From contig JBDRZD010000023.1 in the NCBI GenBank assembly GCA_039803745.1, positions 1 through 27,653 of the forward strand: 27,653 nt of DNA. The letters are read 5' to 3'. Below the pieces are notes generated by a model that did no database searches, had not been told where the DNA came from, and saw only the letters and a list, made by a program, of their open reading frames with translations. The position numbers were made by a program, and so were the translations under genes. Positions within the stretch are counted from its first letter, which is position 1. Every line of letters begins with the position of its first letter. Positions 9,281-17,874 of the stretch are shown in pieces. This DNA is from a candidate division WOR-3 bacterium (lineage in GTDB: Bacteria > Hydrothermota > Hydrothermia > Hydrothermales > Hydrothermaceae).

Positions 9281-10293
9281 AATTTATTATAATAACAGGA
9301 GGAACTGGTGGCCACATATTTCCTGCATTGAGAATAAAAGAAGAAATGGAAAAAGAAAATTTTAAAGTAATATTTGTTTTAGGAGGAAATTTGAGGATAC
9401 CCTTTGAAGAAAAATTAATTTATATAAGTGCAGCACCATTTATGGGAAAAGACATTAAGGCAGTTTTAAAAAATGTTTTTATAAATATTAAAGGAATATA
9501 TGAGTCAATTAATCTTTTGAGTAAAAATCCATTCCCTATTATAGCAACAGGTAGTTATGCATCTTTTCCACTCCTTTTCTATGCATTCATAAGAAATATC
9601 CCCTATTTCATTCTTGAACAAAATAGTATTCCTGGAAGGGTAAACAAAATATTTTCTAAAAAAGCAAGGATCAATTTTTTAGGCTTTGAAGAAGCAAAAA
9701 ATTATTTAAAAGGTAAAAAAATATTTGTAGGCAATCCTTTAAGAAAATTTAAGGAGATTGAAAGAAATGAAGCAAGAAAAATTTTAAATTTGAAAGAAGA
9801 TGAAAAGGTGATCTTAATATTTGGAGGGAGCCAGGGCTCAAGATTTTTAAACAATTTAGGAATAGAAATTTCAAAAATAATGGAGGATTATAAATTTATA
9901 CTGGTTTCAGGCAAAAATTTCTATGAAGAAATTAAAGAAAAGAAAAGAGAAAATATAATACTTTTCCCTTTTTATAAAGAAATGGAAATTCTTTATACTG
10001 CCTCTGATGTAGCGATAACAAGAGCAGGAGGCATTACAATTTATGAACTCCTCTATTTTGGGATTCCCTCTCTTTTAATCCCCTTCCCCTATGCAACTGA
10101 CAATCATCAGTTCTATAACGCCCTGTGTATTTCTAAAAAATATGATTTTTTTGAAATGATTGAGGAAAAGGAAGCGAATACAGAGAAAGTTATTGAAAAG
10201 GTAAAAAAGTTGTTTTTTAAAAAAGGGGAAAAAATAAGATTTTCTGCAGAGAAAAAAATAATTGAGGAAATTAAAAAATGCTTTTTAAATTAA
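9277..10293 (+). CDS. murG: Lipid II GlcNAc transferase MurG
   Basis: GGTGGHIFP, EQNSIPGRVN, VGNP.R, FGGSQG, TRAGG and HQFYNA. Confidence 0.95.
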   Translation: MKFIIITGGTGGHIFPALRIKEEMEKENFKVIFVLGGNLRIPFEEKLIYISAAPFMGKDIKAVLKNVFINIKGIYESINLLSKNPFPIIATGSYASFPLLFYAFIRNIPYFILEQNSIPGRVNKIFSKKARINFLGFEEAKNYLKGKKIFVGNPLRKFKEIERNEARKILNLKEDEKVILIFGGSQGSRFLNNLGIEISKIMEDYKFILVSGKNFYEEIKEKKRENIILFPFYKEMEILYTASDVAITRAGGITIYELLYFGIPSLLIPFPYATDNHQFYNALCISKKYDFFEMIEEKEANTEKVIEKVKKLFFKKGEKIRFSAEKKIIEEIKKCFLN

Positions 10294-11645
10294 AAGGAAT
10301 TGAAAAATTACATCTTGTTGGAATTGGTGGAAGCGGAATGAGCGGGCTTGCCGAAATCTTAATTTCCATGGGTTTTAAGATTACAGGTTCTGATATTAAA
10401 AAAACAGAGGTTACAGAAAGACTTGAAAAGCTTGGTTGTAAAATATATTACAATCACTCTCCTTTAAATGTGAGGGAGGCAAACCTCGTAATAATTTCTT
10501 CAGCAATAAAAGAAAATAATCCTGAAGTGCGTGAAGCAAGGAGATTGCACATTCCAGTTATAAGAAGACTTGAAATGGTTGCAGAATTAACGAGAACAAA
10601 ATACTCAATCTGTATATCAGGTGCACATGGGAAAGGCACTGTCACAAGTATGACAGCAAAAATAATGGAAGAAGCAGGGCTTTCACCGACAATTATGATT
10701 GGAGGGATAATAAAGGGATTCTCAACAGGAAGTTTTTTAGGAAAAAGCGAATTCCTTGTTGCAGAGGTTGATGAAAGTGATAAATATTTTTTAAATTTAT
10801 TCCCCACAATCGCGGTTGTGACAAATATTGATAGAGAACATCTTGATACTTATAAAAATTTAAATGGTGTAAAAAGGGCTTTTAAAGAGTTCCTTAAAAG
10901 AGTTCCATTTTATGGATGTGTAATAATTAACGGTGAAGATAAAAATTTAATGGAAATTGTTAAAGATATAAAGAAGAAAGTAATAACTTTTGGCTTTTCA
11001 GAAAAGTTTGATATCCATCCAAAAGATTTAAAAATTGAAAGCAATTATTCTATTTTTGAGATAAGATATAATGGAGAAAAAGTAAGAATAAAAATAAATA
11101 TACCCGGTAAACATAATGTTTTGAATGCCCTTGCGAGCATCGCAGTAGCCTATGAACTTAAGATATCTCCAAATATAATAAAAAAAGCCCTTGAAGAATT
11201 TAAGGGAATGCAAAGAAGATTTGAATTTAAAGGAGAAAGAAACGGAATTGGATGGCTTGATGATTATGCACACCATCCCACTGAAATAAGAGAAACACTT
11301 ATAACCTGTAAAAACTTCTGGAAAAAAGGGAGAGTTATTGCTGTATTTCAACCTCATAGGTATACAAGAACTTACTATCTTTTTAAAGATTTTGCAAAAC
11401 CTCTTTCAATTGCTGACATTGTATTTTTATTACCAATATATCCTGCAGGTGAGAAAAAAATAAAAGGGGTAAAAAGTAAACTTATATACGATGAGATTAA
11501 AAAAATAAAAAAAGAGGTTTATCTTGTAAATGAAAAAAATTTAGAGGAAAGGATTAAAAAAATTATTAAAAAAGGAGACCTTATAGTATCGCTTGGTGCT
11601 GGTGATGTCTGGAAAATTGTAAAGAATATTTTTGAAAAATTATGA
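10278..11645 (+). CDS. murC: UDP-MurNAc:L-Ala ligase MurC
   Basis: GIGGSGMSGLA, GAHGK, EVDESD, TNIDREHLD, DDYAHHPTE and FQPHRYTRT. Confidence 0.97.
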   Translation: MLFKLKGIEKLHLVGIGGSGMSGLAEILISMGFKITGSDIKKTEVTERLEKLGCKIYYNHSPLNVREANLVIISSAIKENNPEVREARRLHIPVIRRLEMVAELTRTKYSICISGAHGKGTVTSMTAKIMEEAGLSPTIMIGGIIKGFSTGSFLGKSEFLVAEVDESDKYFLNLFPTIAVVTNIDREHLDTYKNLNGVKRAFKEFLKRVPFYGCVIINGEDKNLMEIVKDIKKKVITFGFSEKFDIHPKDLKIESNYSIFEIRYNGEKVRIKINIPGKHNVLNALASIAVAYELKISPNIIKKALEEFKGMQRRFEFKGERNGIGWLDDYAHHPTEIRETLITCKNFWKKGRVIAVFQPHRYTRTYYLFKDFAKPLSIADIVFLLPIYPAGEKKIKGVKSKLIYDEIKKIKKEVYLVNEKNLEERIKKIIKKGDLIVSLGAGDVWKIVKNIFEKL

Positions 11646-12493
11646 AAGGAATTATAAGAAATTATCCGTTAAAGAGATTAACCACAATAAGAGTAGGAGG
11701 AAATGCTCTTTTCTTTTTTGCACCAGAAAGAATGGAAGAAATTTTTGAAGCAATTAATTTTTCAGAGAAAAATTCAATCCCAATTTTTATACTCGGCGGT
11801 GGCTCAAATTGCATCTTTGGTGACGGAATAATAGAAAGACTTGCAATTTCAATGAAAAATCTTAGAGAAATAAAAATAGAGGGAAATAAACTAATTGCGC
11901 AAGCCGGAGTAAAAACGCAGGAAATTCTTAAAGAATGTGAGGATAAAAATCTTTCAGGACTTGAATTCATAGCAGGTGTTCCTGCAACAGTTGGAGGAAT
12001 GATTTACATGAATTTTGGAAGTATGGGAAAAGAAATCTGTGAATATTTAAAAAGAGTGGTAATAATAAAGGAAAGAGAAATAAAAACTCTGGAAAGGAAT
12101 GAATTAAAATTCTCTTACAGGAAAGGAATTCAGGATGGGATAATAATAGAAGCAGAATTTGAACTTGAAATGAAGGATAAGAAAGAGATAAAAGAGGCTA
12201 AAAGAAGAGTAATTTTTATGAGAAAAGAAAAACAACCCATCGATAAAAAAACAGCAGGATGCATATTCAAAAATCCACCAGGAAATTTTGCAGGGAAATT
12301 AATTGAAGAGGCAGGGTGCAAAGGAAAAAGAATAGGAGATGCAATGGTGTCATTAAAACATGCAAATTTTATAGAGAACATGGGAAATGCAAAATTTGAA
12401 GATGTCAAAAATTTAATAGAATATATAAAAGAAAGGGTTTATAAAAAATTTGGAATAAATCTTGAGGAGGAGGTAATAATAATTGAAAAATAA
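11642..12493 (+). CDS. murB: UDP-N-acetylenolpyruvoylglucosamine reductase MurB
   Basis: GGGSN, GLEF..GVPATVGG..MN.G, FSYR, QP..AGCIFKNP, KHANF and LEEEV. Confidence 0.96.
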   Translation: MKGIIRNYPLKRLTTIRVGGNALFFFAPERMEEIFEAINFSEKNSIPIFILGGGSNCIFGDGIIERLAISMKNLREIKIEGNKLIAQAGVKTQEILKECEDKNLSGLEFIAGVPATVGGMIYMNFGSMGKEICEYLKRVVIIKEREIKTLERNELKFSYRKGIQDGIIIEAEFELEMKDKKEIKEAKRRVIFMRKEKQPIDKKTAGCIFKNPPGNFAGKLIEEAGCKGKRIGDAMVSLKHANFIENMGNAKFEDVKNLIEYIKERVYKKFGINLEEEVIIIEK

Positions 12494-12971
12494 AAGAAGA
12501 AAGAAAACAAATAAGAAATTTTTAATACTATTCTTGCTAATATTTTTATTTGCCTTCTTATTTAAAAATAAAGTAACAAATCTCGGAGCAAAAAAGGAAT
12601 ATTTTGAACCTATATGTAAGTTAAATGAGAACATTTTTGTTAATGAGGAAGCAAAACTGATGAAAATGTATAAAAACTTGAATTTACCTTATGTAAAGGG
12701 TAATATAGAAATAGTTTTTAATAAGAAAATATCCTCTTTATATCCATGCATAGAAATCTTAAAAATAATTAAAAAAGATTTTCCGGAATTTTTTGATTCA
12801 ATAGAATGTATCAATTTAGATAATTATAAAATAATCTTTAAAAATAAAAAGGTGGTAACTCTTGGACTCGGTAATTTTGAAGAAAAACTCTTTTTTTTAT
12901 TTGAAAATTATAAGTATATCAAGAATGAAATTGATTTGAAATTTTTAAGTTTTAAAAAAAAGGAGGATTGA
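12483..12971 (+). CDS. Short FtsQ/DivIB-like bitopic membrane protein
   Basis: Basic N-terminus and a single TM helix, C-terminal IDLKF resembling the FtsQ IDLR motif, located between murB and ftsA. TTG start with GAGGAGG upstream; only 162 aa. Confidence 0.6.
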   Translation: MKNKRRKKTNKKFLILFLLIFLFAFLFKNKVTNLGAKKEYFEPICKLNENIFVNEEAKLMKMYKNLNLPYVKGNIEIVFNKKISSLYPCIEILKIIKKDFPEFFDSIECINLDNYKIIFKNKKVVTLGLGNFEEKLFFLFENYKYIKNEIDLKFLSFKKKED

Positions 12972-12972
12972 T

Positions 12973-14184
12973 GTGGCCAATCAAGAACTTGTTGTTGGAT
13001 GTGATTTAGGAAGTTATAAAGTTGTAGGATTAGTAGGTGTTAAAGAAGAAGATAAAATAAAAGTTTTAGGATGGGGGGAGGCGGAAAGTAAGGGAATTGA
13101 AAAAGGTGTAATAATTAACATTGAAAAGGCATCAGAATCAATAGAAGAAGCATTAAAAGGGGCATTCAGAATGGCGGGTAAAGATAAAAAGGAAATAATG
13201 GTCTCAATTTCAGGTGAACATGCAGAAGGTAAAATAGAAAAAGGATTTGTGGTTATACAAACGCCTGATAACGAAATAAGAAGAGAAGATGTTAAAAAGG
13301 TAATAGAACAGGCTAAAACAAGATCCTATTCTGAAGAAAAAGAAGTAATTTTTGTCTATCCCAATCACTTTATAGTGGATGATCAAAAAGGAATCAAAGA
13401 GCCAGTAGGAATGATAGGAGTAAAACTTGAAGTGGAAGCTTTTGTTTTAAAGGCAAAAAAGAATGTATTAAAAACAATAGAAAAATGTTTCAAAAGAGTT
13501 GGTTTTGAAATAGAAGGTTATATAACCCAACCACTTGCTTCCTCATTTGCAGTTTTAGATGAGGAAGAAAAAAGTCAGGGATGCGTTTTGATAGACATAG
13601 GAAAAGGGACAACAGACCTCGCAATATGGAAAGATGGAGGAATTCAATATACAAGTACTTTGAAAATTGGCGGGGATTTTTTAGCTGGTGACCTTGCCAC
13701 TTGTTTAAAAATACCAAAGATAAAAGCTGAAGAACTTTTAAAAAAATATAGTTTTGCTCATCCAAAATTTGCAGAGGGAAAAGAGACTGTTTTAATTGAA
13801 AGAACAGGTGGAAGACCACCTATAAAGGTAACTCCTGAAGAATATGCCCAAATAACTGAAGCAAGACTTATTGAGATATTCAGATTTTGTGAATTAGAAA
13901 TCCTTAAATGGGGAGGAAAGGAAAACCTTATAGCAGGAATAGTTTTAACAGGTGGATATGCTAACCTTGAAGGAATAGAAGAAATAGCTGAAGAGGTTTT
14001 TAAACTGAGTGTGATTAAAAAGGGGGCAAAAGATGTGATCGGATTATCCAATGAAATAACGCATCCCTCTTATTCAGCAGCAATAGGAGTCCTAAAAATA
14101 GGAATAATGGAAAGAGAAAAAATTAAGAAAATGAAAAAGAAAAGTTTTTTTAGAAAATTAATTGATTTTTTAGAAAAAATTTAA
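12973..14184 (+). CDS. ftsA: Cell division protein FtsA
   Basis: DLGSYKV, S.GIEKG.I.NIE, P.GMIGVKLE, IDIGKGTTD and VLTGG.ANL.G. GTG start with AGGAGG upstream. Confidence 0.96.
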   Translation: MANQELVVGCDLGSYKVVGLVGVKEEDKIKVLGWGEAESKGIEKGVIINIEKASESIEEALKGAFRMAGKDKKEIMVSISGEHAEGKIEKGFVVIQTPDNEIRREDVKKVIEQAKTRSYSEEKEVIFVYPNHFIVDDQKGIKEPVGMIGVKLEVEAFVLKAKKNVLKTIEKCFKRVGFEIEGYITQPLASSFAVLDEEEKSQGCVLIDIGKGTTDLAIWKDGGIQYTSTLKIGGDFLAGDLATCLKIPKIKAEELLKKYSFAHPKFAEGKETVLIERTGGRPPIKVTPEEYAQITEARLIEIFRFCELEILKWGGKENLIAGIVLTGGYANLEGIEEIAEEVFKLSVIKKGAKDVIGLSNEITHPSYSAAIGVLKIGIMEREKIKKMKKKSFFRKLIDFLEKI

Positions 14185-14204
14185 GTTTAAAAGGAGGTTT
14201 AAAA

Positions 14205-15302
14205 ATGATAAAATTTGCTGAAAGCCCTTATAAGGGAATAACAATAAAAGTAATAGGTATAGGAGGAGGCGGCTCCAATGCAGTATCTTATATGAGCAGA
14301 AATAATATAAAAAATATCGTCACGATCGCATTAAATACTGATGCCCAACATCTTGCAAGGGTTAATGCTGATGAAAAAATAGTAATTGGTAAAAAAATTA
14401 CAGGAGGGCTTGGAGCAGGTGGAGATCCTCAAATAGGGAAAAGGGCTATGGAAGAATCTCTTGAAGAAATTAAGGAAAAAATAAGGGATGCCGATCTTGT
14501 TTTTTTAACAGCTGGACTTGGTGGCGGAACCGGAACCGGTGGAATTCCTGTACTTGCAAACGCAATTAAGGAAATGGGAATACTTACAGTAGGAGTTGTA
14601 ACAAAACCTTTCAGAGAAGAAGGCAAAAAAAAGATGGAAAAAGCAGAAAGAGCCCTCCTTGAACTAAAAGATAAAGTAAATACATTGCTTATTATACCTA
14701 ATGATAAACTTCTTCAAAGCGATCAAAAGATATTATTCAAAACAGCTCTTGAGAAGGCAGACGAAGTTCTCTACAGAGCAGTAAAAGGAATCGTGAACAT
14801 AATTCAAGAACCAGGATATATAAATGTTGATTTTGCTGATGTAAAAAATATACTCACACTTGGAGGAAGAGCAATAATAGGAATGGGAGAAGGAAAAGGA
14901 GAGAAAAGGGGAATTGAAGCAATAAGAAGTGCAATTTCCTCGCCACTTTTAGAAGAAGTCGATGTGAAAAAGTCCAAAGGTATACTCATAAACATAAGAG
15001 GAAAAGATATAAGAACAGAAGAAATCCAAGAGATTTTTGGATATCTTGCTTCAGAGATAAATCAAAAAGAAGATATAGAAACAATATTGGGAGTTGATAT
15101 TACCGATGAAGTTTCTGAAGGAACAGTGGAAATTACTTTAATAGCAGCCGGTATAGAAGATGAAAGGATAAGGAAAAAGGAACTCGAACCTTTCCCTGAA
15201 AGAACTTCTGAAGAAGAAATTATGGTTCCAACATTTTTAAGAAAATTCCGTAAAGAAGATAAAAAATTTGAGTATCCGGAAAACGGGGATACAGAAATTT
15301 AA
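14205..15302 (+). CDS. ftsZ: Cell division protein FtsZ
   Basis: GIGGGGSNA, NTDAQ, GLGAGG.P, GGGTGTG tubulin signature, INVDFADV and C-terminal VPTFLRK. AGGAGG ribosome-binding site. Confidence 0.98.
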   Translation: MIKFAESPYKGITIKVIGIGGGGSNAVSYMSRNNIKNIVTIALNTDAQHLARVNADEKIVIGKKITGGLGAGGDPQIGKRAMEESLEEIKEKIRDADLVFLTAGLGGGTGTGGIPVLANAIKEMGILTVGVVTKPFREEGKKKMEKAERALLELKDKVNTLLIIPNDKLLQSDQKILFKTALEKADEVLYRAVKGIVNIIQEPGYINVDFADVKNILTLGGRAIIGMGEGKGEKRGIEAIRSAISSPLLEEVDVKKSKGILINIRGKDIRTEEIQEIFGYLASEINQKEDIETILGVDITDEVSEGTVEITLIAAGIEDERIRKKELEPFPERTSEEEIMVPTFLRKFRKEDKKFEYPENGDTEI

Positions 15303-17095
15303 AAATTAATAAAAACAGTGAGCATTTCGCCCTCAGAAGAGTTAATTCTTACTTCATTTTGAGAAATTTCTAAATTTTTAATTTCCTTTTCCCCTTTAAA
15401 ATCAAGAAGTTTTAATTCCTTTGGTGGAGTAAGAAAATTTATGCTAAAAGAATTTCCAATAGAGACCCCCCTTAATATAAATTTCTTGGAATCGACCTGC
15501 CTCATTGAGCAGAGAAGAAAAATTCCATCTTTTATTGTAAACATTTTACAAATATTCTTTTCCTTAATCCTAAGAGGTGAATAAATGAAGGGTAAAAATT
15601 TATCCCATATATTTTTTTCATTCTCCGGGAATGGATAAAATACCATTAAAAAGGGACCTTCTTTGAATTTCAGTTCTATTCCCTTATCCCTGATTTTGAA
15701 AAAATAGGGAAATGGAGAAAAAATTGCAAAATCAAAATCTTGGGGATATAAAAGATAAGCAAAGCCTTCTCCTTTTGCATTTAAAATTTTGAATCTGTGA
15801 GAAAGAGTTTTTATAATTTCCCCTTTAAGGTTGACTCTAAAAAGAATTTCACAATTTTTCTCCTTTATATTCCCTTCAAATATCACATAGGGATAGAATT
15901 GAGAAAATATTTTCTTTAATTTTATTTCTCCTTCTGAAAGTTTAAAATTTTCAAAATATATTTTATAATACCTTCCCTTTTCAAAGAAAACTTCTTTTAA
16001 AGAATCCTTTATAATTTTTCCATCCCTTTTTATTTCAATGTTTAAATTTAAAGGAGAGAAATCTTCTCTTTTTTTGTGAACAAAAACAAAATTATTTCCC
16101 ATTCTTCTCACTTTAAAATTCCTTGAAACTTTTAAAAATTCTTTTTCAAAAACAAATTCAAAAGGCTTTAACTCTTTCAGCAAATACCTTTTCCTGTCAG
16201 GAAAGAAAAGAGTGAAGGGATAGGGATTAAAAAGTTTACCATTTTCTACATTTTTAAATCCAATTTTTTCTAAAACTTTATTTAGAATAGCTTTAAATTC
16301 CTTTAAATTTGATTTCTTTTTAGAAAGGGAAGTAAATTCTTCGAAAATGTAATCAATTAAAAGGGAAAGATTTAAAGAGTTTGAAAAGCCGGAATAGGAA
16401 ATTAAATATTCTGTTTTAAATAGCAAATCCTCAATCTTTTTCATATACATTAAATTCTCTCTTTTTTCTTTATATAAAAAATTCTCGGAATTCTCAAAAT
16501 ACTTTTCAGTTAAGTAAAAAAATTCTTCTGGAGAAGAATTAATATAAATTGCCTCATTTTCTTTATCTTCGCAAATTTCTTCCTTAAAAACCATTTTGTA
16601 TGGAGAATTTGTATTTTTTTTGCCTACCGGATTATAAATCATTATCATTCCATTTTTAAGTTTTATTTTTGAAAATTCAGGATAATCTTTATCAAAAAAA
16701 ATAATTTTATTAAAGCCGAGAGCAAAAATTTCTTCAGAAATCTCATTCAGATCAAAAATTTTATCTAAAAAAAATATTTTAATTCCTCCTCCTATTCTTG
16801 AAGAAATTCTTTTTGCCATTTCATAAAATCTTATAAGGGAAACAACCCGCATATTTGAAAAATCAAAATTTTTATAAATTAAAGGAAAAGAAATTTTTTT
16901 TAACTTCCCCCAATTAAAAATTTCCTTTTCAAGAGAGGGATTAAATTTTAAAAGTTCCTCGATTCTCTTTGTATAAAAAGAAAGGAGAAGATGATTTATT
17001 TTATTTTCCCTTATTTTTTCAATAAAAGTACCTATTTTTGAAAAATAATCCACTGAGGATGGTTTTACAAAATAGATTTTGTAAATTGTTTTCAT
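15299..17095 (-). CDS. Hypothetical protein resembling a degenerate GH38 alpha-mannosidase (probable pseudoenzyme)
   Basis: By eye, the N-terminal ~150 aa track the GH38 N-terminal pattern, a central LFNPYPF matches VFNPL.W, and the C-terminal beta region (CSMRQVDSKKFILR...EMLTV) matches SALK.AED...LR...EI.T. The Zn-binding HxD motif is absent. Confidence 0.55.
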   Translation of the reverse strand: MKTIYKIYFVKPSSVDYFSKIGTFIEKIRENKINHLLLSFYTKRIEELLKFNPSLEKEIFNWGKLKKISFPLIYKNFDFSNMRVVSLIRFYEMAKRISSRIGGGIKIFFLDKIFDLNEISEEIFALGFNKIIFFDKDYPEFSKIKLKNGMIMIYNPVGKKNTNSPYKMVFKEEICEDKENEAIYINSSPEEFFYLTEKYFENSENFLYKEKRENLMYMKKIEDLLFKTEYLISYSGFSNSLNLSLLIDYIFEEFTSLSKKKSNLKEFKAILNKVLEKIGFKNVENGKLFNPYPFTLFFPDRKRYLLKELKPFEFVFEKEFLKVSRNFKVRRMGNNFVFVHKKREDFSPLNLNIEIKRDGKIIKDSLKEVFFEKGRYYKIYFENFKLSEGEIKLKKIFSQFYPYVIFEGNIKEKNCEILFRVNLKGEIIKTLSHRFKILNAKGEGFAYLLYPQDFDFAIFSPFPYFFKIRDKGIELKFKEGPFLMVFYPFPENEKNIWDKFLPFIYSPLRIKEKNICKMFTIKDGIFLLCSMRQVDSKKFILRGVSIGNSFSINFLTPPKELKLLDFKGEKEIKNLEISQNEVRINSSEGEMLTVFINF

Positions 17096-17874
17096 ATTAT
17101 TTTTTTAAAAATTTTTTCCTTTATATTTAAAGGTAAATAAAAATTTTCAAAATCAGGATGAATCATCTCAACCTTTCCTAAAATAAGTATTCCATCTTTT
17201 TTTAGAGAAGAAGTTAAATTCTCAAAAACTTTTCTTTGTGCATCTTTTTGCATGTATATTAAAACGTTCCTGCAAAGAATGATATCAAAATCATTATCAA
17301 AAGGCGAAGAGAGAAGATCATGAATTTTGAACTCTATATGTTTTTTAACAAAATCTTTTACTTTAAATTTATTATTTATTTTTTCTATATACTTAATCCT
17401 TAAATAAAAAGGAAAATCTTCAAGTTTCTCTCCTTCAAAAATTCCGTTTTTTGCCATTTCAATAATTTCTGAGTCAAAATCTGTTGCAAATATTTTAAAA
17501 TTTTCAAAACCCTGATCTAAAAAGAGAATTGAAAGCGTGTATGCTTCCTCACCTTGTGCACATCCTGCACTCCATATTTTTATAAAATCTCTATTTTTAA
17601 AATAAGGTAAAATAGTATTTTTAATTGTTTCAAAAACATCCCTGTCTCTAAAAAAAACCGAAACATTTATTCCAATTGTATCTATTAGATTTTGAGATTC
17701 TTTTTCTTCTTTCAAAAGTAAATTGTAATAAGAAGAAAGGGTATGAGAACGGGTTTTTGCCATCCTTATCTTTACCCTTCTTAAAAGATAACTCTCCCTG
17801 TAAGCTGAAAGGTCTATTCCCATTTTTCTTTTAATAAAATTTTTAATAAGTTCAAGGTATCTAAGGTCCTCCAT
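17092..17874 (-). CDS. cheR: Protein-glutamate O-methyltransferase CheR
   Basis: GIDLSAYR...L.RR, INVSVFFRD, IWSAGCAQGEEAYT, ATD, HDLL, FDIILCRNVLIY and GILILGKVE. Confidence 0.93.
   Translation of the reverse strand: MEDLRYLELIKNFIKRKMGIDLSAYRESYLLRRVKIRMAKTRSHTLSSYYNLLLKEEKESQNLIDTIGINVSVFFRDRDVFETIKNTILPYFKNRDFIKIWSAGCAQGEEAYTLSILFLDQGFENFKIFATDFDSEIIEMAKNGIFEGEKLEDFPFYLRIKYIEKINNKFKVKDFVKKHIEFKIHDLLSSPFDNDFDIILCRNVLIYMQKDAQRKVFENLTSSLKKDGILILGKVEMIHPDFENFYLPLNIKEKIFKKII

Noticed and set aside
1348..14995. Short minus-strand ORFs antisense to dcw genes (e.g. 7644-8072, 8572-8997, 10454-10807, 13490-13819)
   Set aside because: They lie opposite well-conserved genes, have the Ser/Phe/Ile-rich composition expected of shadow ORFs, and show no motifs.
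15299..17095. Pseudogene call for the GH38-like gene
   Set aside because: The reading frame is uninterrupted for 598 codons and is coupled to cheR by a 4-bp overlap; there is no frameshift or internal stop.
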